The notes beneath the pieces were generated by a model that was given only the letters and a program-made list of their open reading frames with translations, made no database searches and was not told the origin of the DNA. Below, piece after piece: positions 1 through 11,589 of a stretch of DNA of 64,000 nucleotides. A program made the translations under genes and the position numbers. This DNA comes from Haplodiscus bocki (Eukaryota): positions 94,240,001 through 94,304,000 of the forward strand of contig OZ296648.1 in NCBI GenBank assembly GCA_965655095.1, written 5' to 3'. How positions within the stretch are numbered: position 1 is the first letter of the stretch; each line of letters opens with the position of its first letter.

Positions 1-1518
1 TCACTGGAGCGATTGCGAAGTGGCCTTGTTTTAGCGGGTTCGGAAGATTTTCGTCAAAACGGGATAGTGCGCCTAAAAAGTGATTTTTTGTCCTCCTGAA
101 CTCTTTTGACAACTTCTGTTTTACTATGCTCTCGATTTCATCAAAAACATCAGTGATGTAATCCTTTTGATACCTACGAGCGTTTGAGTTTTAAGCCAAA
201 TCACTCCTAGGATGTTCCTCTCAATTGTCTTTGTTTAGGACTGCAAGTTTTCGCTTTTTCCTGAAAGTTGCCTTTCTCCAACGAACAGCGAATATTACTG
301 AATAATTTGTTATGGAGAAAATCAACTTGTCCATTGTCAAAAACAATTGTAGGAAACGAAACAAAATGACTGAATCTTATCTTCATGTTGACATTGATAT
401 CAGTGTTTTTCGAAGTTTCATTTCTCCTATTTGAACCTTTTCCGTGGCAGGAAGCCTAATTGTTTGCGCGCCAAGTCAAGGTACAATTAAGGAAAATTAC
501 TCTCGGAATAGACAACAACAAAGATTGAATTGCCGTTTCCGACAGGAAGCAAACATTTTCCATTCTTTTCCTTACTCGAGGGACGCGTCCGTTCTTTCTT
601 TCGACGGAAAATGGACGAACATAATCCTTCAGAAATGGACACCAAAGTGTCTATTCCTGCGCCGACAACTCATTTTACAAATATAGCTCCTTTCTTTCAT
701 TAAAATTTCGAAAATTATTTGATGAAATATTGAACAAGTTCATGGAATATTATCAAATGTTGTCGAAAAAGACAAAATTAAAAAAAATTAAACATAATCA
801 CCACATTCATGTACATTTCATTGCTTGTCACTTCAATAACTTTTACTCCATTGGATGTGGCGAGAAACTTGTAGCTGTACTAGTTTACTCCTAATTCAGA
901 CGAGTAGCGACTAGTGGTTTCCAGAGCAGCTCCGTAGCCACTAGTAATAGCAGTTGAATTAGGCAGTCTGCGCTCAAATGAGGAGTGAATACGAAGTCAG
1001 GCCGTATTCACCACAACACTGAAGCGCGGCATACTAAGTGAAGTGGAAGTGACATCACCAGACTAGTGGCGGTGAAACACGTTTGGAACAAATTCTCACT
1101 CTGAGAGTCAATACATGGTATTTTAGTCAAGCAAGCTACTTATAGCACCGATTTAATTGAATGTACTGTATTGAAGAGCATTTACTGAAATCAGTCAAAG
1201 TATTTACACTGAAAAGGTGGATTTTTTTTATTTTAATTAAAAAATTATATTATTATAAAAATAGAACTTTTCAAGTAAAAAGACTCTGTGAGTACTTTTT
1301 TGTTCTGTAACGGTTCCGTCCTAATCTGGATCATTATGGTTTCGTATGAAATACGTACCAGTATTTATGTACTTTGGTAATAGTTACGTAAAATTTATGT
1401 ATCATTGTGTGAGTACACTAGTTAAAGGTATATACAAAAGTTTTTATTCAAAGTTTGAATGAAAGTAGAATAGTCACAGCCACTTCTGAGCATTGGATTG
1501 TCTCCTTTGCTGGTAGGT
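1..1518 (-). mobile_element. Junction copy of the Gypsy element: end of accessory ORF, LTR/leader and gag N-terminus of the next tandem unit (continues beyond the left window edge)
   Basis: Colinear homology with 12917-14432 (shared blocks cactgaagcgcggcata, ccactagt.a.tagcagttgaatta, gtttcgtatgaaatacg). Positions 1-200 translate on minus to LA*NSNARRYQKDYITDVFDEIESIVKQKLSKEFRRT, matching ORF 12816..13112. Confidence 0.85.
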
Positions 1519-2440
1519 TTTGCAAACATGCTGCGACACTCACCCTTTGTCGAAAAGACATTCCCATGCTCTTTTTTCCGTTTTTGAGTTCTTGACGGCG
1601 GCGGCATGGAGGATGGGTTTGAAGTGGAAGAAATTCGCCTGGGTTCATCGGAGTAAATTGTCCCGACATCTGAAGATGGCTCGCAGGCTTGCACTGTACT
1701 TAAATTCATCTTTGGCGTTGAGATTGAAGACAGTTTCGCATGCGCCGTAGATGGAGGCTCTCCTTCTCATTGTACTGACGCTTTGATGCTTTCACAACCG
1801 CCTTTGTAGCCAATGTGTTGAAGAGGTTAGGCGGCAAGTTCAAGTAGTTTAAACTGGGCGGACTTATGAGAACCTGCCTTCCAAAACAATACGGGATTGT
1901 TGGTTCGTTCGTGACTGATTCAATGGTCAAAATTTCTGGCTCCGGAGATGTTACGGGCGAATTTCTGATCACATCTCTGACATGGATTCCAGATAATTCC
2001 GTACAGTTAGGAACAATCAGTGTCTGGATAATCAGTGTCTGTCTTAAAGACAATCAGTGTCTGCGTGGGGTTTGTTCTCCCGACAACCGCTCCACATAGA
2101 ACACATCCTAATCACTCGACTCAGGCTAATTGGTCGAAATATGTTGGTGATATGAAGAATTACGAATCTGCTACTGCTTCTTGACGGTTGATTAAGAAAA
2201 GTGATTGAGTGTTGCGGGGAAGAATGATTCATTTTCATCAAGCGGTATATTCTTCGATTGTCCCGCGGTAAATGTTAGAGTTGACGAAGTGTGGTAATAA
2301 GCAGTAAAAAAGAAATTGAGGAGAGCTAAGCAAATTGGAAAGTGGAGATCATTGGAAGTGAGGGACACTTGAGTGTTCTTCCTCAGCGTGTCCTTGAGAT
2401 CTCATGCTGAAGTCCTTGCTGGCAGACAAAGTAATCAGTC
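1422..2440 (-). pseudogene. Frameshifted C-terminal part of an accessory Ser/Pro-rich ORF downstream of Gypsy pol (function unknown)
   Basis: Overlapping minus-strand ORFs 2044..2241, 1706..2053, 1422..1709 and 1448..1669 chain together (NEPTIPYCFGRQVLISPPSLNYLNLPPNLFNTLAT ... SSMPPPSRTQKRKK). Same orientation as pol, and its end is repeated at ~14340-14432. Confidence 0.55.
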
Positions 2441-2555
2441 TAAAATCGGATAATTCTGAATTTTATGAATAGAATTATATATCCATCATGTGATAGCCAC
2501 AATCTTCGAAAATGTATCGATAAGAAAGAATGTCAAAAAAGAGTGTCATTCTTTT

Positions 2556-3600
2556 TCAAAAGATCAGTTTGTCCCAAGCAGACACTTAGTGGGTCCTTAG
2601 AGCTGCTGTTTCTTTTTTCCACTTTGATGCATCTGAAAAGAAAGTTGCTTGCGACAGAAGCGAAGAGAGTCCAGTGGAAGGTCCAGAGCGACTTGTTGAA
2701 GAAGGTGATGTGTGTGAGACGAAGCTGGGTAGGGAGGCAGACGCGGAAGGCAATGATGTCGATGTTGGTAGCGTTGCTGATGTTGCAGTCTCCGGATACG
2801 AGTCTGAAGGATTCGCTCTGTCAAAGATGCTTCGTGGAAAAACACTGCCCAAAGGAATCTTGTCCGAGGGCATCGTTGACAGCTGTCATCTTCCACAATG
2901 GGAGTTTTTATATATTCAGCTTTTACCATTAACCGTTGTATTAGAAATTTTTTGCTGGCCAGTTATCGAATTCTGTTAGGTTAGTTATGCTGTAGGCGCT
3001 AAAACCTGAAAATGACTTCGTGAAGCTAATGTGTTTTAGTGTATGACTTTTCTGGTGATCCAGTTTTGCGTCCGATTGAGCCAGGAGTTCCTCGGACAGA
3101 CGTGGCTGGCTAGGAGTTCGATGTTGCTGCGCCAACTGGGAGGAAAATTGTGAAAAGAAGAAGAAGGCCGGCGCACTAGAGAATCCTCTCACAACTGTAC
3201 TTGGGAGTTGGTCGCTCTCTTTTCTACCTTGTAGGTTTTGATTTAGATCAGTTGCTACTTTTTTGGTCAATTTGCAGGCAATGCCGAATTTGCTTCGGAG
3301 TTTTGCGGAAAACTCGACTGGTGTTGGGACTGACGGGCACTTGGACGGGCGTCGCATAGTTCTTACCAAGAGCCCGGTACCGTTGCTTGGAGTCCCAGCA
3401 AGATGTCTTTAGGGCTGTCTGCAGTGAGAGCCGATGCCGTGCGTTGTTAGAGCAGGCGTTTGATGATGGTAATATTTGCTCTCAAATGAGGAAATTACTA
3501 GTACTGCTCCTTATTGACTCCAAGTTTCTCTACTACGTTTCTGCTTTTTAAATCACATCGTAACCCATCCTGCTGCCACTGCACTTCATGCCATTGGGCA
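2556..3600 (-). pseudogene. Decayed cargo gene B of the nested element, unknown function
   Basis: PKDILLGLQATVPGSW (~3365-3412) plus ORFs 2941..3369, 2597..2929 and 2586..2873 join across frameshifts and end in AWDKLIF* at 2556. Confidence 0.5.
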
Positions 3601-3615
3601 GCAACTTTTGTCTTT

Positions 3616-6460
3616 ATGCCGTTTCATCTCCCTAGAGAAGACATAACTTCCGAAACCTCTGATCAATACTAAGCTTTTTCGTTGAGGTTTGATTGTGCCA
3701 ATTCGTTACTTGTGTACAAGCTAATTGTTAGGTTGACAGAACTGAATGAAATACTTGATCAAATCCGTCAGAGGCCATCACAGAGCCTTCAACAAGCGCC
3801 CGAGATTACTGACACAAGTGGCGATGAATCGGACAACAGTAGGAGCTTCACGATATTTCTGTCGAAAAAGACGTTTCGCATGAAAAAGTGCAATGGGGCG
3901 GACGAGCTTGGCATTTTTTCGTCACTGGGCCAACTGGCACGGCCAATGAACCCAGCCATTTTTACTGCCAGATTTGCCGGAAAAATGTTTCGGTCTCAGT
4001 CCATGGCCATCATGAGATTTTGCGCAATTTCCAGGGAGAGGCCATCTTCCCCATGATTAGAGTTTGCGTATTCAGACACCAGGATGGCAAATTGCAGACT
4101 TCTCAGGCAGGCTGCTCAGTGAGGACGAACAGCAGCATCAGAGTAGCAAGATATGGAAGGACCCTTTAGTTGTTCGGGATCGTGATTTTCCATTCAACGA
4201 AGATTTCATTGCGAATGAGGTTGGAGTGACTGAACAGAAAATGCGACTGTTGACGAAGGTCATATCTCTCGTTCAGGTGTTGCAGGCAGGAGGGAGTTAT
4301 GCCCAAGTTTAAAAACTGTGGTCACAGTTCGTCATCACGGCCGGAAACATCAACATGGGAGCTGCATGGAACCACGATTAAGTCTTGGTGGATTCGGTGA
4401 AGTTGCCTGACATCGTTCGTGTCATTTTGAGATGTCAATTGTTGTTTTGTTTTTAGTCGATCGTGATCAATGGAATGCTGCCACAGATCTGATCACGTGC
4501 AATCGGATACACGAAGGTTCACAAAGTTCATAGCCTTGAATTCGAGGAGTGCGGTCTGGTCATCTGGGCCTCTTTACATACTTGAGACAGAAACAATTTC
4601 CGTCGTGTTGCCGTTAGTTTTCTGGACAGTATTGAGAGCGATGCCGCCCCCAAACTGTCTGTTGTTGAATCCGTGGTTGCTGCTGTCGATAACGCAGAGT
4701 CTGCAGTCGCCATTTCTGGAGAGTGTCAAAGTCTCGGTGAGACATATGTGGAGTATTTGGGTAGCTGGTACAGAGAGAGACTCGTTGACCACGCAATCTT
4801 TCTTTGCGGTTACTGAAGAGATGTCTGCACCAGTTGGCGTCGTCGGTGTTCGGTTGCTTGGACTCCTTTTCCATGACCGAATATATTTTGACTCGATTGA
4901 AGAGGCAGAACTACGTGCTTGGTTGAGGTCGCAATCCAGTGTCCGCGCGCTATCATCACAAATGAACTGCAAATGCCATTGCTGGTTGATATCGTAAACA
5001 AGGTTGTAGGTGTCTGGCCACTCATTGTGTCGTATCCCTATGAAACTGGTGAGAAAACTGATGGAGATAGGTCAGTCGTATAAAGAATTCTTGATTTTTG
5101 TTTCAAATCATCGCATTGCTGTCCTCAATGTTTTTTTTTGTTTTGGAAGAAGGGGATCACTGGATAATTTTACATCATCCAAATGGCACGGACCAAATTC
5201 TACTTTTTCCACATGATCCTTGAAATCTGCAAATCTGGCGTTTTGCATTGCTCCATTTGGCTCACGTTGGTACGTGTGAGCTCAAGATAAATTTCGATAA
5301 ATCTCGGGCAATTTCCAGTATACTCCTTGTTGATTCCCATTCTGGGCATTTCCGGTTGGCCAGGTGATGTCCATAGCATTGTCATATACATCAGTAGGGA
5401 AATTAGGAGATTTCCGTGTTACTCCCAGTTTCAGTCCCACTAGGTATGTCGAAGCATACCTCTAGCAGCACTCCCTGTTCATTCCTCAGTTTTCTGGGAT
5501 CAAGCTGGGACGTTTTTTGTATGACTCTTAGTTTGTTCAACATGCTGTGATACCGGGGGAAACTAGGAAACTTTTCGTATCATTCCTCGTTTGCTCCTCA
5601 TTCTGTGGGTGGAAGAAGTGGTTTATGACTCAGTTTATTCATTGTCGCGGTGATTTTGTTGCTCACAATTTCACTTATCTGATAACTGGGAGGGCCCACA
5701 ATTGCTATCTGGGCTTTGGAGGACTTTCAAGGCTTGTTTTGTGCTAGCTGCAGAAAATCAAAGTCAGCCTCAGCCTGCCTGTGGTTGAAAAATCTGAAAT
5801 ATATATGCTGCCCAGGCATTTGTGTTTTGCTCGCATCAACGAGGAACACGTTTTGGAGGGAAAACGGCTGGCAGCAGCCCTTCGACAAAGTGAATAGTGT
5901 GTACCTGAGGGCAGAATTCCCCAGAAACTGTCGTCAGTTCCTGAACGAATTCGTGAGCACCGTCTTATCAACAATGGCAGCACGTTCTTTGGTTGGGCAA
6001 AGCCTTAGCTGCATCTAGCCAAAAATCAGTGTCAAAGGAGACAAATAGTCGTCGTTTTACTTTTTTGGTCAGCTGACTGCCGGACAGCAAGTCGTCAATA
6101 TACACTCGAGAGCGTTGGTTTGACGTTGAGAGTGTGACTTCCTCTTTGGTTGGCGAAGGAGCTGCCCGTAATGGTGTCGGGATCATAATGATCGTTGAGG
6201 CGAGGGACGTAAAGTTTTCGAACGAGAGCCATGATTTCAGTCTCCCCAGTAGTTGTCGGACCCATTCCAGACCCGGGAAGGGAAGAAAGGGGCGTATTTC
6301 AGCCAGTCCCAGTTTGAAGAGAGAAGAAATTTACGTCGTCAGCTCTTCCCCGGCTCAACCATCAATTGGGGCTGCTCTTGAGAAGAGTTTTGCTAAGTCG
6401 GGAGCCAGAAGAAGCAACCGTGATCCAGAAGAATGCCTAAAGTTCACAGGAGGGACATAA
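3616..6460 (+). pseudogene. Decayed, spliced cargo gene A with a hAT/BED-type zinc finger (transposase-derived?)
   Basis: ATG at 3616. GT-AG introns at 3687-3731 (branch site ctaat) and 4388-4456 (ttgttttgtttttag; read-through ends in a stop). Motif FYCQICRKNVSVSVHGHHEILRNFQG, with the last His restored by a frameshift at ~4040. Coding-like sequence continues 4457-5040 and 5716-6460, interrupted by an unrelated ~5040-5715 segment. Confidence 0.55.
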
Positions 6461-6558
6461 AAAACCTAATTGTTTTAACTGTGTTGGTGGACTTTGTCTT
6501 TGTAGTTATTTGTTGTCTGAATTTAAATGCAGTAGCCGTCTTTTCGATGTAGGGAGAT

Positions 6559-6876
6559 TGAGTATAAAACGTGTCACTGTACAGGGATTATCCTCATATT
6601 ACTAGGCAAAACTTGAATTTACTCCGTAATGTATCCGGTATCAGAAATAACGAATTGTCGAAAGTGGTGCCTGGAAAGCCTTCGAGAGCATACTAGAGTC
6701 TATTAGGACGCTGTGTTGAAATCGAATTTCCAGCATCTTGCAAGTGCCAAAAATAGTTAAAATCACTCTTTAGTGCGCAACGTTTGTCTCGCAAAGACTC
6801 TTAGGAGCTTGGAAGAATGAGTAGGTAATGCGCTTATTACTTCCGTAACAGGTTCCTACGGTTACGCTGTTCGACA
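6559..6876 (+). repeat. Putative 3' LTR (~318 bp) of the nested element
   Basis: Starts TGAGTATAAAA right after a PPT-like tract and ends TCGACA at the junction with the interrupted pol. Confidence 0.5.
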
Positions 6877-9800
6877 CCCGTATCCGTTCCGTCATATAAT
6901 CCATCTGTATGAGGAAAATTCGGGAAAACTTTTTCGTATGGCTCCTGAAATGGTACTCATTTCGTCGTTTGCTGGGTCAGATTGTAATGCCATCTCTGGT
7001 GAATTGGGTTTGTTAGGACAATCTTGGTCGCTCTCAAAACTAGACTTTTCACAATCACAATCCCATATTCTGGCGTACAAATCATCTTGCTTTATGGTGG
7101 CCTCACGGTCTTGTATTCTTTCTTGTGGCGTGGTTCGTGCGTGGGGTACGGGTTGACAGTCTGTGAATTGCCGTAATCACATACGACGAAGCACTTGGGT
7201 TTTGTCTGTACCACATTTGCGAATCAATTATTTGATGTTCAGTAAAACTCTTTCAACATTGTATGGACCTGTCCATCGAAAATCTGTGAAGGGAAGTTTA
7301 CTTTCTTGATAATTTGCCTTGTGTTGTAACAAATACAAATAGTCTCTTTCTAGTTATGATGCATTTGCTTTCTTGTCATGGTGCGCTTTCTTCTTAATGT
7401 AGGCTTGCATGGTCTTCTTTCGGTGATATTGGTGGATCATTTCTGTTCAAAATTTTTTAGGTCAACTCGTAATTCTGGTGTGCTTTTGCGGTTGAATGCC
7501 CATTTCGAAATCTAGGACGTTGTATGGAATGCATCCATGAAACACAATGCTTGGTTCACAGCCAATGCTCTTGTAGTAAGTTGTGTTGTAATTCAAGACT
7601 GCAATGCTGACGTTTTTCTGACTTAATGATCTTCTCTCGCTTGTTTCAGTCTTTATTGCTTGTTTGAGTGACGTGTGTGATCGCTCAAGCATCCCAATTG
7701 TTTGCGCGTGCTTCATTGTGGCGTGTTTTAGCGTAGGGCTAAGGACATAAGTCACTTCTTTAATTTCGTGAGACACAAAGGTTGATCCCTTGTCAGAAAC
7801 GATTTTTGTTGAAAAGTAGGCGTGCTTGGTCAATATATTAAGTATAACTTTGGCAATTGTTTCTGGCATCTTGTTTAGATGTAGGGTAGGCAATTAAACA
7901 CCTGGATAACACGTCCATCGCTGTCACTACAATCTCAAAGCCAACGGATGGAGGTACCTCCGGAAAACAAAACAATTTGCATGGCGTCTTCTGGTGCTGC
8001 GGTATGTTGGTTAGGGTTTTCTCAGGGTCGGGCGCGTGAGTCTGTGACCAGTCTGTGATTCTCTGATGTATTGCTCACATAACAGGACCCACTTCTTGAT
8101 CAACTGCTTCCGATGATCAAGTAAAAGTACTTTCCTCTGTATGCAAACAATGCCTTTATGATTCCGGGATGTCTACCGCATTCTCTCTTCAGGTTCCCGA
8201 GTAGTTTGTCAACAAATTACTTGGGTTTGAGAACTTGGTAGTGTTTGACGCTATCAGTTTCTCCATAGAATTCCTGGAATAGCAGTCCATCTTTGAGAAT
8301 GACACGATCTTCATTTCTTTGTAATGCTTGTGTCGTCTATCCGTCGTTAGTAGCACCTCACCATCTGGTTGGCCAAGTGTTTCGAGTTTCAGGTTTTCCG
8401 GAAAAAGATCGACATCTGGCTCTGCTTGCATCCATGAATTTGGCTTGTTTCCGTTTATGGAGTAGGACGTAGTGTTTCAGTCGATCTTTGTGAAGTCTTT
8501 GATACTTGGCTTTATTGAGGTTGGTTCCTCAATTGATGCCCATTCTGTTGCCCTCTTTCGGGGTTGCTCTGTGTGTTCAGGGGTTGGTTCTTCAGTCTCA
8601 TTTTCACCAAATGTTTGTTTGAAGATTTTTTCTTCATCTGCAACATCCAAGGAATATATTGTCACCTCAATGGGTGTTGTTTGTACGTCCTCTCTGATTT
8701 TGAGACGGATATTCTCCATGGTTTTCAATTCTAGTCTGGAGAGAAATTTAGCTGCTTTGTTGACTGAACCAGCGATATGTCCTATTTTGAAGTTAAACTG
8801 CATGACATAAACGCTTTTGTTCCAAAAAGAAGTTGAAATAGCAATTGTCTGAAAAAAACGTATGATTGATATAATATATGTTAGGAAAATTGTCGGCTTT
8901 GATGCTTCCCACAAAAGGTGAGCAAACTCAAGAAATAGATCAAGATTTTTAAATGCGCAGGGGTGAAAACTTTTGGTCCGAATGCTACCGGTGCATAGGA
9001 TTTGCCCTTTGATTGGATCTTTTGGTCTGGATTGTCCTCGATACTGAGGGCAAAGCCCGCGTTTTTAAAGCCTTCATCCATCATGAAGACAAGTGGTTTT
9101 CCAGGAACGGGTTGAGTCAATGCTGATTGACAAAAGATACTAGGGGCTTTATTCACTGAATCAGAGTTTCTTCAATTCTGACGTGACAATGGTTGGCAAG
9201 GCTGCTTTTAAAAGCCTGTAAAAAGGTTGGTCTTCCCAACCAACCTGGGACTAAAGTTTTAGTAGTTATTTACGCATCCCAGGTAGCGCTTTAGCGCTTT
9301 TCTTGAATTGGGGAAGCTGAGTTTGTCGAGGAAGTTTTGAATTTGCCGAGCTTGCGGTCAATTTCCGTCTGGTGAAAGGGTTCTGCCTAGGAAATCATTT
9401 TGTCTGACTAGAAAATGGTACTTTTCTTTTGTCAGTTTCAATCCTGTTTTGCCCAAGTTTTTGAAGACTGCCCGGAAGTTCCGGGTAGGGTCCGTAGCAT
9501 TGTTCGCTGCAATCCCAATAACGACCATGTATTGAGCACATTGGTCAGCTTTGACAACTGGATCCAAGTAATCTCGCATGAATCTTGAAAAAACAAACAC
9601 AAACATGGTGAGACCTTCTGCAAATCTTTTGTATGCGAAAGTTCTTCCAGAGAAACTACTTGCACTGCTAGCGTTTCCACAAACCGTTAGTCCGCCGTTT
9701 GCAAACATAGATGTGCTTGGGACCAATCCCGCTTGCAGAACAGAGTTCCTCGCCAGCTGTTGTGCTACATCTGACAAAAGGCTGACTGGATGATGATTAT

Positions 9801-11443
9801 TAGTGTAATCATCTGCAAATAGATTTTTGACTTTCATGAGATCCACAAGGAGACGTAGTTTTCCGTTGGATATTCTTTGAGCAAAAATTGGACTTGCGTA
9901 CTTTGAAAAGGGCAGTACTGTGATAAATCCACATTTGCGCATAGGATCAAGGTCAACAATTAAGACTTCTTTCAGGTTGATTGGTTTTGGAAGGTTTCGG
10001 CAATTACGAGCTTGGTTATTTTGTGGTATGAGTTTCACCTTGATTTCCGTTTTCAACTCAATATCCAATCGATGTCTGGCAAAAAGGTTGTGATACTCAA
10101 CGAGAATATCTTCTAGAGCTTATTTCTCAGCTTAGCTGACCAGTGTGTTGTTCAAATGCACTCGTTCAAGTAGTTTTTTCTGATTCAGCATAGTCTATGA
10201 GATTCCATTTTTCTTTCTCCATGGATTCGTTTAATACTTTGAGGATTTGTGTCTGGATTGGGGTGTGATCCTCCTTTTTCCCAGCTTTTCCAGGTGTCGC
10301 AAACCAAAAAGTGTTGTTTTGCAGATCGGGTTTGTTTGTTCTAAGTAGCTCATTCAGGTAAGTGGCCAGATGCAAATAAGTTTTCGGAATGACGCTGATG
10401 ATTACCTAGTCCACTGGTTTGATGAATTTGGATTGCTCCGGAGTGACTACGGACAACTCGGCAATCTGTGTATTCTTTTTGATCATGTAATGTGATTCCT
10501 TTGTGTTTGTTACTCTGACTGGTACTTTTTTGTCCAAAATTGCTGACATTCAGTGTGGAAACTGCAGACTGGCTGTTTCCGTGACTTTTTCTACTGGTGT
10601 CACAGTACCTGTTGTGTTCCTTTCTGATGGGTGGTCAACAAACGCTTTGATCGTCTTCGTTGTCTTTGGTGTTATTGTTGAGGTTATGTGAAGAGCAACA
10701 GCTTGAGATTTAGCTCTTTTTTTTCACTCGCAGCGCTTTTCACTTGGTTTGTCAAGTGTGAAAGATGGACGAGGCCATGTTTAGTGTCGAAGAATACACT
10801 GTTGTTTGTCATGAAGTGCAAACTTATGATCGGCCCTGTCAACTTCTTCATCACGACAAAGTTTTCCACAAATAAATGGTATCGAATAACATGTATGAGT
10901 GTGATTGTTGTTAACGGTTTTTCTACTTGGCCGTTTGCCACCTGAATTTGGATTTTGGGAGGGTTGTTGATTTTCAAGATATTGGCGGGGGTTTGTCGTA
11001 TGATTCTGGTCATTGCAATCCAGGCCATTGTACTAACTTAAGCTCTTGAGTCAACTAGGGCATCTTTTGTGAAGTTGTTTCCGAAACCCAGAGAGCCATA
11101 CAGCATTTCTTTTTTCATTTTAGGCTTTCTAAGGAGTACAATGCTATGTACAGTTCATTTGCAATTTCATCCCCCACAAGTTTTTTTCTATCTGTGAAGT
11201 TGTAATATTGGGAGTGGGATGGTTGTCGTCTCCATTGTAATTAGCTGTCATGTCACTTTTGATTTCTTGGATCTCGGGATGTTTTTCTTGGAAGTCGTTG
11301 AGGCACCGAACTGGTATGATCCTAGTTTGGTTTTCCAGAGACTGTTTTGTTTTTTTGATGTCAGGATACGGATTTTTTAGGTCGGGTCCGTTTATTGGTG
11401 ACGTTTGTGATTCTACATCATTTTCTTGTTTCAATTCAGGCAT
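6877..11443 (-). pseudogene. pol: Ty3/Gypsy pol (protease, RT, RNase H, integrase) with many stops and frameshifts
   Basis: Protease DALVDS (~11050). RT SKYASPIFAQRISNGKLRLLVDL, with QYMVVIGI as decayed YVDD (9358..10068). RNase H PLVFMMD..AGFAL..YAPVAFG (8881..9156). Zn-binding HPGI (~8165). Integrase IVSDKGSTF..HAQTIGMLERSH..YNTTY (7462..7893). GPY/F-like RWTGPY (~7265). Domain order PR-RT-RH-INT. Confidence 0.93.
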
Positions 11444-11589
11444 CTAGGTGTTATTAAGAGTTGCAGTGTTTGAGCTGTTATGGCTAATGAATATATCAGT
11501 CTCCGGGGATTGCCAGACAGCCTCTGAGATTGGTGGAAGTTTTTTGTCGAAAAAATTTCAGTCGGTCAGTCGCAGCTCTGGAGTGAAGA

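Larger units (their letters stand above)
2450..6876 (+). mobile_element. 3' portion of a second LTR retrotransposon with cargo genes, nested in opposite orientation within the Gypsy element
   Basis: Purine tract gatgtagggaga is followed by TG...CA (6559-6876), which abuts exactly against Gypsy pol sequence at 6877. No gag/pol or 5' LTR of its own remains. Confidence 0.55.

Noticed and set aside
2014-2063. Triplicated aatcagtgtctg
   Set aside because: Local slippage inside a dead ORF; no evidence of function.
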